Shown: piece by piece, positions 9,613 to 20,500 of the stretch | How positions within the stretch are numbered: the stretch's first letter is position 1 | Layout of the letters: every line of letters begins with the position of its first letter | IMG/VR virus record: IMGVR_UViG_3300030329_005813 | Location: 96,001-160,000 of that record | Direction: 5' to 3' (one strand) | DNA length: 64,000 nt | Origin: a virus | Made by a program: the position numbers and the translations under genes | Notes under the pieces: model-generated | Told to the model about the DNA's origin: nothing | Database searches by the model: none | What the model saw: the letters and a program-made list of their open reading frames with translations, nothing else

Positions 9613-12600
9613 TTAACAACTTTCATTTACATTTGTAGTAATTTGTGATAGGTCTGTAAATTGTAAACGATTCATTTCGGTATTAATATAATTAGTTAGC
9701 TGCGCCTCTCTATCTACTACTTCTGTAGTAAAAGTTGTTTGCACAGTTGCTGGAGTGGGGCCGGCGGTCGGTGTTGGGGCGATAGACGGCGTTATTAGAA
9801 AGTTTTGATTATAAACTTCTGTCGTATCTCCCAAATCAGTTCCAATAGCAAACGTTGGATTAGTTATCGGCTGAATTCTGGCCAGTAATGGCTCACCTTC
9901 GGGGATTGACTCTAAGACCTCCAAAGTTAACGGTTCATATATCTCCATTCCACTAGAGGCGACGGTGGTTGTAGCGCCGTAGCCGACAAAATACTCTATT
10001 TGTGCTGTTTTTCCTTGATTAAAACGATAAATATTTCTTAAATCTGAGTCTTTCAACAAGTCTCTATCGTGATCCAACCAGTTTCTTGCACCACCATCTC
10101 TACTATCAAACAGAGCACGGACACCGGTTGGAATATTATCTATTTCTCTTTTCGATAAACCTGCTAATATATTGTCTTCTTTTTCTAAATCAAAGTTTTG
10201 TATCGATAAAGTAGAAGATAAATCACTATAGTTGTCTTTTACAGGTATTTCTTGATCACTATTAAAGGCGCTATCTTGAACTATGAGGCCCAAATCTAAT
10301 GCACTATCACTAATTGATGTTGCTATATTTGTGATTGTGCTAGCCACAAAAGGGTCGCTAGTATCAATTCCGCCCTCTTCGGCCAAATCAAAAGAATCTG
10401 ATATATTCCTACGATTAAAATTATTATTTCCAAATACTCCAGTAGTATCGTCAGTATAACTCTGTATTGGTTCGGACTCGTGCTCTTCATAGTAAACACT
10501 CAATCCCATATCGGCCAATAACTCTTCGGACATATCATCGACGCTAACAGCCTCACTGTGGGCTTCGTCTTTTGTCATACTAGCCTGCACAATTTTTAAT
10601 TTTATTTCATTATACTTTTCAATATTGTCTATTTCGGTATCTGCTCCAATAAGTTTCATAGAAGTTGGGCCGGCTTTTATCATAGCCGGCGTCATGAAGC
10701 TGTAGTCTCTGCCTGATGGTCGGGGTCTTCGGCGCTGATTTTGTCGCGTATTAGGCTTAGCCGAGGTGGCATCGCGAGCATAGAATTTTAATTTTTCTTC
10801 TCTAATTCTTTCTTCATACTCGGAAGCGTTAATACTTGGAAAAGATAATGTTTTTTTGGCACCAACATAATCATACCCAACATTATCTTTCTTATTACGA
10901 TTTACAAGAAAATTAAAATTCTTTTTGAACGTCAATACGCCAGAAGACGATCTTGATTTGCTTGAGATTTTTGATTTTGCATCGGCCTTAGCGCCGTGGT
11001 AAGAATCAATATTTAAGTTTCCTTCTAAAACTTTTAATAATTTTTGCTCTATTGATTCCATTATATTTACCAAGGATTCTAGGCCTTCTATGCTGCCACT
11101 TTGAAGACTAGCGATAGACATAAGGTAATAAACTGTTTTTCTTTTTTTCTTACCCTTAACAAGCTCTATAATATCGATTATTTTCATAATTGCATCGCGT
11201 ATTACTTTTAAGTGTTCCATACCCTTTTTGCTTCTATAGGAATCCCTAAATCTTTTGTTAACACGATCATAGCTTTTATTACTAATATTATAGGACACTA
11301 ACTCCTCTAGCTTATCTTTTGCTCGACAAAAACTCATTAGTTTTTGGTTCATATAATCGATAGTGGGATCTTTTACTTCTATTTCAACCGAATAATTAAA
11401 CTTGCCACTAGTAAATTTTGAAATTTCTTCGTCTGTAACGGAAAATACTCTACGATTTTTCAAATTAGCAATAGACACCTCTTCCATCGAGCCAACTGGT
11501 TCCTCGGGTACCCCATCGAAATTTTTATCTATTCTTCTGTTGTTTTTTCTTAGCTTTCCTTTAGAAGTGCGCGGTGATGACATGTTTTTTGTGCCAGAAC
11601 TTCTATCAGTTCCTGTATCTGATGAAAATACCACCAATTCTCTTTCAGCAGGCTGATTTTCTAACGTATCGTTGCTTACCTTGCTTGTTCCAAATCTAGA
11701 TTTACTTTTGGTATCTGTGCCTCTTTGTCTAAAAATTTGTATACTTTTGATTAATCCAGACTCATATATTGACCGGTCGCGAAGACCAGGAAATCTACTC
11801 TGAGATTTTATTAAATTTTCAGTATCGATGTGGAATAAAAATCTTGTTTTACCATCTGCGTCTTTAGATTCAATTGGTTCAGAAATATATGTAGCCGCTA
11901 CATTTTCAGGCGCAGCTGTTGTAAACAGATTATTGACTAAACTTGCTTGCCTGTTGACAGTAATGGGTGCCAAATTTAAATTAAGTATTTCTTTTTTTAT
12001 TGCATGATTTTTTATTTTAAGGTTTGGAACAGATTGCTTGACTAACCTAGCGTGGGAAAAAGGAGTATGCTTTGCGCCAGCCATCCAACCCATTTCCGGG
12101 TGGTAATGTACTGGTCCGTCCCAGGTAGAGCCGTCGACGACCGAACGAAAAATGTTTGATTCAATTACAGGCATACCATTCTCTATTATTTTTTCTGAGC
12201 TGGTTTTCATACTAAATAATTCTGTTCTCATACTGTTGTACAGGCTCGTCGGCATTTCAAAATCAAAATCCGATTTCATTCTTTCTATATCTAAATCCAT
12301 ATATTCTACAACTTCTAAATAATTTAAATTAGAGCCTTTAACTGGAACTGTTATGTTGTAATTAAACTTTCGAACTTGAGAGCCATCATTTTTTGTTACG
12401 ACTCTGGTATTATCTAAAGTTTTTGCAGAATGATTTCTGGGATCTATCGTATGTACTGTGGCATGTTGGTGGCGAACTGCTTCTTCTACAATGTCAGCAA
12501 TATTTGCACAATCTTCTTTTATTCGTCTTGAATACTGAGGGCTTGTAAAAGTTACTACTTTAATTTGCATATAGTTTATAGCACGATCTGTAATCGGATA

Positions 12601-13443
12601 GCAACACTCATCACAGTCATCAGAGTACCAACTAGGAGGCACCCTAGGAGGGGGTGGTTGGGGCGTCGATATCGCCGGTGGTTGGTTATTTAAAATTTCT
12701 TGAAGATTGGTTTCGAGAGTTTCATCCATCGTGTTCAAGGAAGATTGAATTGTATTTCCTATAAGGCCTCCTAAACCGGACGGTCCTGATGTTGCAGGTG
12801 GAACAAGATCTGGATCATTATAGCATACTAATTCTGTAACTTCGCCGCCGGCCGTTTCCTCTGTTGTGCGCTCTGAGGATCCAGGGCCGCCACCGGTACC
12901 GGCGGCAGCGGACATCATTCCGCCAGACATTGCAGCATCTTTTATATCACTAATTAAAACAGCCTGAAGAGTTGTTTCAAGAGTTTCCCCCATAGTTTCA
13001 ACAGATGTTGAAACAGCTGCCTCGATTAATCCACCAGCACCCAAAGGTGTTAAGCCGGTATCGTCTTCTTGTGACAATACAATTTCAAGGGTAGTCTCAA
13101 GAGTTTCGTCCATATTTTCGGCGGCGCCGGTGATTGAACTTCCTATAAGGTTTCCGAACCCAGACAGTCCTTGTTGTTCTTCTGCAACTTCTTGTAAAAT
13201 TTCCGGGTTTTCTTCTTCTGCCTGTTCAATTAATGCACGAGCTTCATCATAAGCGTCTAATGCAGCTTGAGCAGCAGCAACGGCCGCCTCAAAGTTCTCC
13301 AGGCTTTGATCAAAAGTTTCACCGCGAATGGAAAAGTCGCCGGCGATCAACCCTTCCAGGCTTTCCTGTGCGGCTTCAAGTTCTGCCAGCAGTTGATCGC
13401 GTTCGCTATAAGATGTATCATATGAAACTGATTCAACGGGCAT
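9613..13443 (-). CDS. Large hypothetical virion protein (1276 aa)
   Basis: Long ORF in structural module; acidic N-terminus with three internal repeats and a His-rich motif. Confidence 0.6.
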   Translation of the reverse strand: MPVESVSYDTSYSERDQLLAELEAAQESLEGLIAGDFSIRGETFDQSLENFEAAVAAAQAALDAYDEARALIEQAEEENPEILQEVAEEQQGLSGFGNLIGSSITGAAENMDETLETTLEIVLSQEDDTGLTPLGAGGLIEAAVSTSVETMGETLETTLQAVLISDIKDAAMSGGMMSAAAGTGGGPGSSERTTEETAGGEVTELVCYNDPDLVPPATSGPSGLGGLIGNTIQSSLNTMDETLETNLQEILNNQPPAISTPQPPPPRVPPSWYSDDCDECCYPITDRAINYMQIKVVTFTSPQYSRRIKEDCANIADIVEEAVRHQHATVHTIDPRNHSAKTLDNTRVVTKNDGSQVRKFNYNITVPVKGSNLNYLEVVEYMDLDIERMKSDFDFEMPTSLYNSMRTELFSMKTSSEKIIENGMPVIESNIFRSVVDGSTWDGPVHYHPEMGWMAGAKHTPFSHARLVKQSVPNLKIKNHAIKKEILNLNLAPITVNRQASLVNNLFTTAAPENVAATYISEPIESKDADGKTRFLFHIDTENLIKSQSRFPGLRDRSIYESGLIKSIQIFRQRGTDTKSKSRFGTSKVSNDTLENQPAERELVVFSSDTGTDRSSGTKNMSSPRTSKGKLRKNNRRIDKNFDGVPEEPVGSMEEVSIANLKNRRVFSVTDEEISKFTSGKFNYSVEIEVKDPTIDYMNQKLMSFCRAKDKLEELVSYNISNKSYDRVNKRFRDSYRSKKGMEHLKVIRDAIMKIIDIIELVKGKKKRKTVYYLMSIASLQSGSIEGLESLVNIMESIEQKLLKVLEGNLNIDSYHGAKADAKSKISSKSRSSSGVLTFKKNFNFLVNRNKKDNVGYDYVGAKKTLSFPSINASEYEERIREEKLKFYARDATSAKPNTRQNQRRRPRPSGRDYSFMTPAMIKAGPTSMKLIGADTEIDNIEKYNEIKLKIVQASMTKDEAHSEAVSVDDMSEELLADMGLSVYYEEHESEPIQSYTDDTTGVFGNNNFNRRNISDSFDLAEEGGIDTSDPFVASTITNIATSISDSALDLGLIVQDSAFNSDQEIPVKDNYSDLSSTLSIQNFDLEKEDNILAGLSKREIDNIPTGVRALFDSRDGGARNWLDHDRDLLKDSDLRNIYRFNQGKTAQIEYFVGYGATTTVASSGMEIYEPLTLEVLESIPEGEPLLARIQPITNPTFAIGTDLGDTTEVYNQNFLITPSIAPTPTAGPTPATVQTTFTTEVVDREAQLTNYINTEMNRLQFTDLSQITTNVNESC
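12690..13165 (-). repeat. Three ~28-aa intragenic repeats (approximate limits)
   Basis: GFGNLIGSSITGAAENMDETLETTLEIVL / GAGGLIEAAVSTSVETMGETLETTLQAVL / GLGGLIGNTIQSSLNTMDETLETNLQEIL. Confidence 0.8.
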
Positions 13444-13444
13444 T

Positions 13445-14518
13445 TTATTCTTGTTCCTCGCACTTTTCAGTACCGGCTTTATCCTTGTGTGTAATAGTTG
13501 TTACAGGGCCAGTATAAATATCATAACGCGTTGAACGTCTTGTGTCCGGACAGTTAACATCCAATCCAACGCGTAATCTTTTCTTCTCAAACGTTGACTG
13601 TGCCTCGCATAAATCTGCTACATCTATTTCGTCGTCGACCAATACATTAAAATAATAATCTACCATTTTATCGTCCAAGTTAATTAAAGGCTCTGCCGGC
13701 AACTCATCTCTATCAAATAAAATATTGTTCTTTACTAAATTAGTCTTTTTCTTAAAAAATAATGGCTTAAGATTTTCTTTAATACTTCTATTTCCTGCTA
13801 AACCAGAACGAGCAGAAATCATATCTTCTTCTACTATTTCAAATATTTCCACCTCGACATTACTCTTATCGTGTTCAGTGTTTTCCTCTATAACTTCTAA
13901 CAATAAGTGATCCGGGTCAACGACAACATACGTTCCATCAGCGTAAACTTCACTGTTAAGAGCAGGATCTGGTACAATGGCTAGCTCATTTGTTGCCACT
14001 TGAGTATTAAATATGGATGTTTTATGCACTAAATCAACGTCAATTTGTGGAATCCTAAGTGTTTGATAGCTCGCTGTTAAGTGTGTGACTGAACCGCTTA
14101 TTTCGCCGTTTAATACTTTAATTGACCATTTTGGAGCAGCATCTGTTTCTGGTGAGCATGTCCCAAGCGGCTCGGTTGCTAAGAAAAGTTTCTGCTCGTG
14201 AGCCTGTTCAACTGTTGCCAACATTTGAGCTTTATCTGTGTAGGCTCCCAAAGAAATAGCCGGTTGATATATTTTTTTTAAATTATATTCACGACCAACA
14301 CGAGTGGTTACTGTTTTAAGCTGAGGGGTATTGTGTTGAATTCTGTCTTCTATGTCTTTAGAATATTCGGTTACATTAGCATAGTCACCATCGTAAAGAA
14401 TATTACTATCGTGAAAAGAATAATATACTGGACGTAGCTTGCCAATAGATAGCAAATATCTTCCGTGAGGCGTTAGTTGTATATCTAAGACTTCTTCTTT
14501 TTTGTTTGCAAAAAGCAT
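13445..14518 (-). CDS. Virion structural protein, N-terminus paralogous to 4727..5626
   Basis: LDIQLTPHGRYLLS..YYSFHDSNILYD parallels LDAVLTDTGRMRLA..SFALGDDEIDY. Confidence 0.65.
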   Translation of the reverse strand: MLFANKKEEVLDIQLTPHGRYLLSIGKLRPVYYSFHDSNILYDGDYANVTEYSKDIEDRIQHNTPQLKTVTTRVGREYNLKKIYQPAISLGAYTDKAQMLATVEQAHEQKLFLATEPLGTCSPETDAAPKWSIKVLNGEISGSVTHLTASYQTLRIPQIDVDLVHKTSIFNTQVATNELAIVPDPALNSEVYADGTYVVVDPDHLLLEVIEENTEHDKSNVEVEIFEIVEEDMISARSGLAGNRSIKENLKPLFFKKKTNLVKNNILFDRDELPAEPLINLDDKMVDYYFNVLVDDEIDVADLCEAQSTFEKKRLRVGLDVNCPDTRRSTRYDIYTGPVTTITHKDKAGTEKCEEQE

Positions 14519-14521
14519 ATA

Positions 14522-17500
14522 CTATTTCCTTGGCGGCAATTTAGATCTTTTTTTCGAGGGGCTCGCTTTTTTTTGAACTCCTTCCGCAACCTTTTCTTCA
14601 TCCGACTTAATAACTAGTTTAGAATCAATATCTTTATCGATAGGTGAAAATTTAATTTCTGACTCTAGTTTTATAAGCTCTATTAATGAAAAGAAGTCAT
14701 ATGGCCAGTTATAACTAAAACTTGTTTCAGCTGTTGCTTCTTTACTAGAGCGGCCGGCTTGAGACCTAAATCGATATCTTGGATCAGCATCCGTATCAAA
14801 TCCTGCCACTTTAGAATAATAGTTGTTATTTGCTTTCTGCTTAACTTTGAAAACCATCCATTTAAGTTTATCATTTATTGGCTCATTTGTTCTTTCGGCC
14901 ACATTTCCAAATATTTCGTTTAATAATAGTTTGTGACTTATTTTGGTCTCAGCCATTTTTACTATCTTGCCGGTAGGGGGCATTAAGTTTTGCCACATAT
15001 GTACTAAATCATTTTGTGTAAACTCGTATTCAAATTCAAAAATATACATAGAAATTGGATCTACTTTGTCTGGGAACGAAAGGAAGTCCATTGTCGGAGG
15101 AATAACAAATTTTTGCATAGAGTTAACTAAGCTTTTAACGGACTCTCCGACTAAATCAGTGTCCGGATTTTTAACAACTGCGTTAACGAGCCTTTTATCG
15201 ATATTAAAAAACTTTCTAGTACCGGCCTTCTCAATAAATGGAACAGCAACTATTCCCTCTCGTACTACTTTCTTATTGGCTGTTTGTCCGAGTTTAATTG
15301 ATTTTTCTTCAAAAGTAATCACATCAAGTAATGAATTAATTCCGCCGCCGGCACCATAATAGCTATTATAGTTTCTGTGATCGTAAGCAGATGCGTTTTG
15401 ATCAATTGTGTGGTTAGAGTCGCCGGCTGAAGATACATAAAGCGGTACTCGACCCTCAATAAACTCTGATGGAATTTCTGTAACTTCTAAAAAGATTCCC
15501 CTGGATGGATCCGTTGGAATTACGCCAAATTGATGCCACATGCCTCTGGAGACAGATTCAGAGTTGTTTGATGGATATGTTAAAGTTCCTACACTATTTT
15601 TAATCGGATGGACTCCAGTGTCTGAAAAATTATACATTGGTGTCTCAAACTTAGGCTGAATCACCCAGCTTGAATTTTCTGCGCCTCCGGGTCGAACGGC
15701 TTTTGGATTTCCATTTTCATCAAATTCGGCAACTGGTTCAATAACCTTTTGGAAGAGGTTAAAAGATGAACTTAGCTGCATAGCAAATCTATTAATATTC
15801 ATTTCACCATATGGATGTGTATTATTTGCTAATGAAAGGCCACCAGCAGAATGATCAAAGCGCCAATATATTTTTCTAGAAGTTGACAATATATCATCCA
15901 ATGTCACGAAACTTGAACTAGGACTAAACAAAACATCACACCAAGCTTCACCATCATAATATGGAGGGGTAAATCCTGGATTTACTCCCCTTAAGGAGTC
16001 GACTACTTTAACTCTATTATAGTAGTTGGCGGCGCCAATATCTTTTCCTCTTCCAGATACCGGTGGCCCGAAAGCTGATGGGCGACTATACATTGTAAAT
16101 GTTTCGCGCAGATCTCTTATGCTATAATCTAAAAGAGTATCTTGAGGAACAAAATATTTCCCAATTCGACTTCGCTGGCGTGCAATATTGTAAGATTTAC
16201 GAATTTTAATTCTCATACCATAAATTTCACCTTCCTTGAAGGCTTTAAATTGTTTTTCTGGTTTAGATTTAAGAGTGGTAAATTCTCCATTTGGTAAAAA
16301 GAATTCTGGTACCTCGGCTAAAAAGTTACTGGCCATCATCTTGTATAGATTATCGCCGCGACCATCCCAAGAGCTTGTTAATCGCATTGAGGCTGATGGA
16401 TGAGGTTCCATATCAACAAACTGTACATATGGAATATGATCTTCCGGTCTCACCAGTGTCTCGAATGGCACACGATAATCCCAACCAGATAGCTTTCCAC
16501 CAGAGTCTTTCGGTGCATTGGAACTAGTTGCCAACAGGTAGTAATCTGTAGTTTCCCCGTCTACATCTTTAGGTCGGTTAACTCTATAGGAAGAAGTAAA
16601 TACTGGATAATCTACGGCGATACCTGATTTAATTGTGTTAAATAGAATGCCCGGGGCAAACAATGGTGCGATTAAAGGCCTAAGGCGCGCATTTGCAAAC
16701 CCTTCATCGTTTGCACTACCCGGGGATGGGTTTGTTGTAAACGCAGCGTATGATTTGGAAAATTGCGTTGCTATCTCTACAGTTCTTTCTGCTGGATAAA
16801 ATCCATTATAAGGTAGAAATTTCATTGCCGCTTTACAAGTTAGTATCAACTCGGTGGGATTTGCAATTTCCTTATGATCTTTTCGTAGAGAAGCAAAGTG
16901 CTTTAAGAAGTCAGAAGTAGAATATACTGAATAAAAACTATCTTCTGAACTGTTTTGTGGCACACTTGAGCCAGTGGGGGATCCCTCGATTGATAATAAT
17001 TTAGGATTCTTAGCTAAGAAGTTACCTTGCTGCTGCTTCATATAAAAATCAATATGCTCGCTGATTCTAAACTCTGGCACTATTGAATAATCTTTGGCCA
17101 TAACTCGCAAGTCTTCAGCATAGTCATCGTAACTATCGTAAAATGGAGCAGCTGATGCGCTTACAAAAACCCCGTCGGCGTTAATCTTACCTGCTTGTTC
17201 GCCGGCTTCCCACTTAGTAATTCCACCATAAATTTTCATTCTTCCCATAGGATGGCCGCCAATTGGCGACACTGATGAAGTTGCTGCTAAATGAGGCCCT
17301 GTCAAAGAGCGCACAGAAGAAGTAGTTTGAATTAAATGTGGTCTTGCGTATATGCAAGAAGCTGTTACTGTAGTCTTATTGCCATGATGGATAAAGCTTG
17401 ATATATCTTGTAAAATGCCCACCGAACCAGTATCTGCCAAAACAGCTTTAACGCTATCGGAGGAAGCCGTAACGTAAGATCCCTCTCTCATACCATCCAG

Positions 17501-20500
17501 GTTCCAAGAACTTCTCTTAGATCCTGGACCTACTATCGCCGCATCTGTGGCCGGGTCATTGCTATCAGCAGTTATACCGTGCCAACTTAGTTTTGATTGT
17601 CCCAAAGCTCTTCTATCGACTTCTGACGTTCTCCAAAAGTTGTTTGTATACGAGTTTCTTTTCCTTGCTTTGTAAATATAAGTGTTTGACTCTCTCGGAT
17701 AAACACACTCTTTGTAAGAAAAATTAATAAAACTTTCAATAGGAGTGGAAGGGCTCTCTAATCCGCCTCTTAAATAATATTCTGAGACTGTTTTATATCC
17801 AGCGGGAGGAGACTTGGTAAATCCTCTGTCTCTGTCAAGTTTCTTATCGGTAAAGAACACAAGATCATTTCCATACGTTGAATTAATATTAATCGGACGG
17901 GTTGCTGTTACTTCCTTGCCACGCTCTTTAAAAGTAGTTCTAGTGCCTAATCTAAATCTAGTAGGATAATATTTAGACGATACAGGAGGCTCTGTAAAAG
18001 TCCTTAAGGCGCCAAATCTTTCAACTTTTTCTTGCCTTCCTCTTCCCATATCCTCTGTAACAAGATGACGGCCGGGAGTTTCATTATAGGAAATAATATT
18101 ATTTCTTCTTAAGTAACGACCAATACGAGTTTCACCAGTACGAATCTGTTTCCAAGTAGGATATCCGTATGGGCCATTTCTATTAAGGGTAAGAGAGTTT
18201 AAGACCGTAGCATCAATTCCTGGATTTCCACTAATCCCTAATGGCGTTGAAATAACCTCACCGGTTGATGAGCCAGCAAGAGTGTTGCCATACAAGAACA
18301 CAGCCCTGTCTGTTTTGCCAGATTGTGAACTACCAGTTAAAGTCAGAGTATTTGTATCGATGACTTGGCGTATATTTAAATTTAAACCTACAAAGTCAGT
18401 ATTAAGGAATCCCGTACCATAAGTTCCGTCATTAACAGATTTATCAAAAGTATTGGCATTACCCCAAACTCTCAAACCATTACTATCAACCTTTGTAACA
18501 TAATCACTAGCGCTTACAAAGTTATAAGCGGGTATAAATCCGGGACCAATAGAAACACCATCACGATACGTAAAAGAGACTGAACTAGAGTGCATACCAT
18601 CTGGATGGGGGTGTCCCAAAACAACGGTACGCTGACTTGGCTCATTATCAACTAAAGAAGCTGTAATCCAAGCATACTGTGTATCTGATTGCGGAATTTC
18701 GTGTGATATGTAATAGTTATCGCGGACGGCTTCTCTTACAGTTGTTTCAGACACTGTTCTAGAACTTGACAACTTGTATCTTAACGCAGAGTTTCTATTT
18801 GTCTTATGGAAAGCAGCAATTCCAGTATAATCGTCGCTGCTAACAGATGACCCTGAAGCAAATCCAAACTGACCGGCGTGTTCTCTTAAAAGTATTTTTA
18901 AGGGAATCCTAACAGTTAAGTTTCTATAGTTTATACTATTGTAGGGTGAATATTGAGCCGAAGCGTAGTCTAAGGCTGGTCCACCATTTGCATCACCGGC
19001 TGTTTCAGGGCCGCCGGGTGCAGAAAATCTTTCTACAAAAATATAATCTGTTCTTCCAACCGAGCTGGACTGGATAGAAAAGTCTGGCTTGGCCACATCG
19101 GCAAACTCACCTAACTTACCAGCTGGGTTAGCTGAGGAATATCCTCTTGCGCTTTCTGCCCCGTCGCCTCCAGGATTAAATTTGCCCGTACCTTGATGTT
19201 TGATAAACGCTCTCTTGTTAGTATCGCGATCCGTAACTTGCACAATTTCATAGTGTTTTGTAAAGTTACCAATACTGTTTAGCTTGCCGGAACCAGTTAA
19301 TTGTTGAATATTTCTAATATTAACAGGTCTTTTGGCCTTAACATTTCTATAAAAATCTCCTCTAGGCTTATCTGTATCTTGGCTAAGCACTTTGATACTG
19401 GTGCTTGAAACAGAAAGCTTCCAGCCCTCCAATCGGCTAGCTAGGGAGTCTAAATCGGTATTTAAGTCGACGTGACGATGAGGCAACCCACCAACGTATT
19501 TTTCTGTAAATGGCCCCTGCATTGATGCTTCGCCAGTTTCAACGACATCTTGATGCAAGTTATTGATTTCTAAAGTTCCAGCAGTAGAAAGACCTCCAAT
19601 ACTAACACTACTAAGGGTTGAAGCATAGCCTGTAGCTACACTTGATTTATATAGCGTAAAGGGAGCTATGCCCCCCTTAGAGGTTACTGCGGAGGCGTCA
19701 GTAGCCTGAAATATAAGTGGTGTTTTGTTGTTCGGAAGAGTTGGGTATGTTCCGGCTAAGGGCAGATGACGACTTTGAACACAGCTTTGTTCATCTTTAA
19801 TGTTTGAAATTTCTATAAACTTAGATGCATCTCCCGGTGTTGTCGAATTTCTCCAATACGTATACTTAGAATTTGGCCCACCTGCTGGGTTATGACCGGC
19901 GCCAATTTGACCATTCCAGGCGCCAATAATAGAGCGACTGCTCATTCCAATGCCCATAAATAATCGATAAACTCTAGAAAATCTATTATTAGGATAATAA
20001 GAGCCTGTATAAATCGGAATGTTATTTACACCAACTTTTGTTACGCCGGCTGTGCCTTGAAGCGCGGTGTGCTGTGGAACAGAAGCGGATATAAAAGAGT
20101 AGCCTTTTTTCTTATATATTTCTCTTTGCTCATCAATAATCGCCACCTGCGCTGCACTTCTATCTACAGATGCCTTATCAGAAGTAAGCGAAGCTCCTTG
20201 TCTTTCAGCTCTTTGCTTCCACCAAAGACAATTTTTGCCTTGGGGCTGTGGATGCACAACTTTGGTACCAGGATTATTTAATGGTGCGTGACCAATACGC
20301 CAGTTATACGTATGCTCGTAAAGTCCCTTAATTTGACCTTCTATTTCTGTCTTGGGAGTCCGAAGAGTTGGTAATTTATGACGATACTTATTTCTAGTTA
20401 ATACAGTATCCTCTACCATATTTCGTATATCGTCAGAAAATCTAGATGAACCTGGGACCAACTGCTGGAGCATTTGTCCTAAGGCTGTATCGAGCCATTG

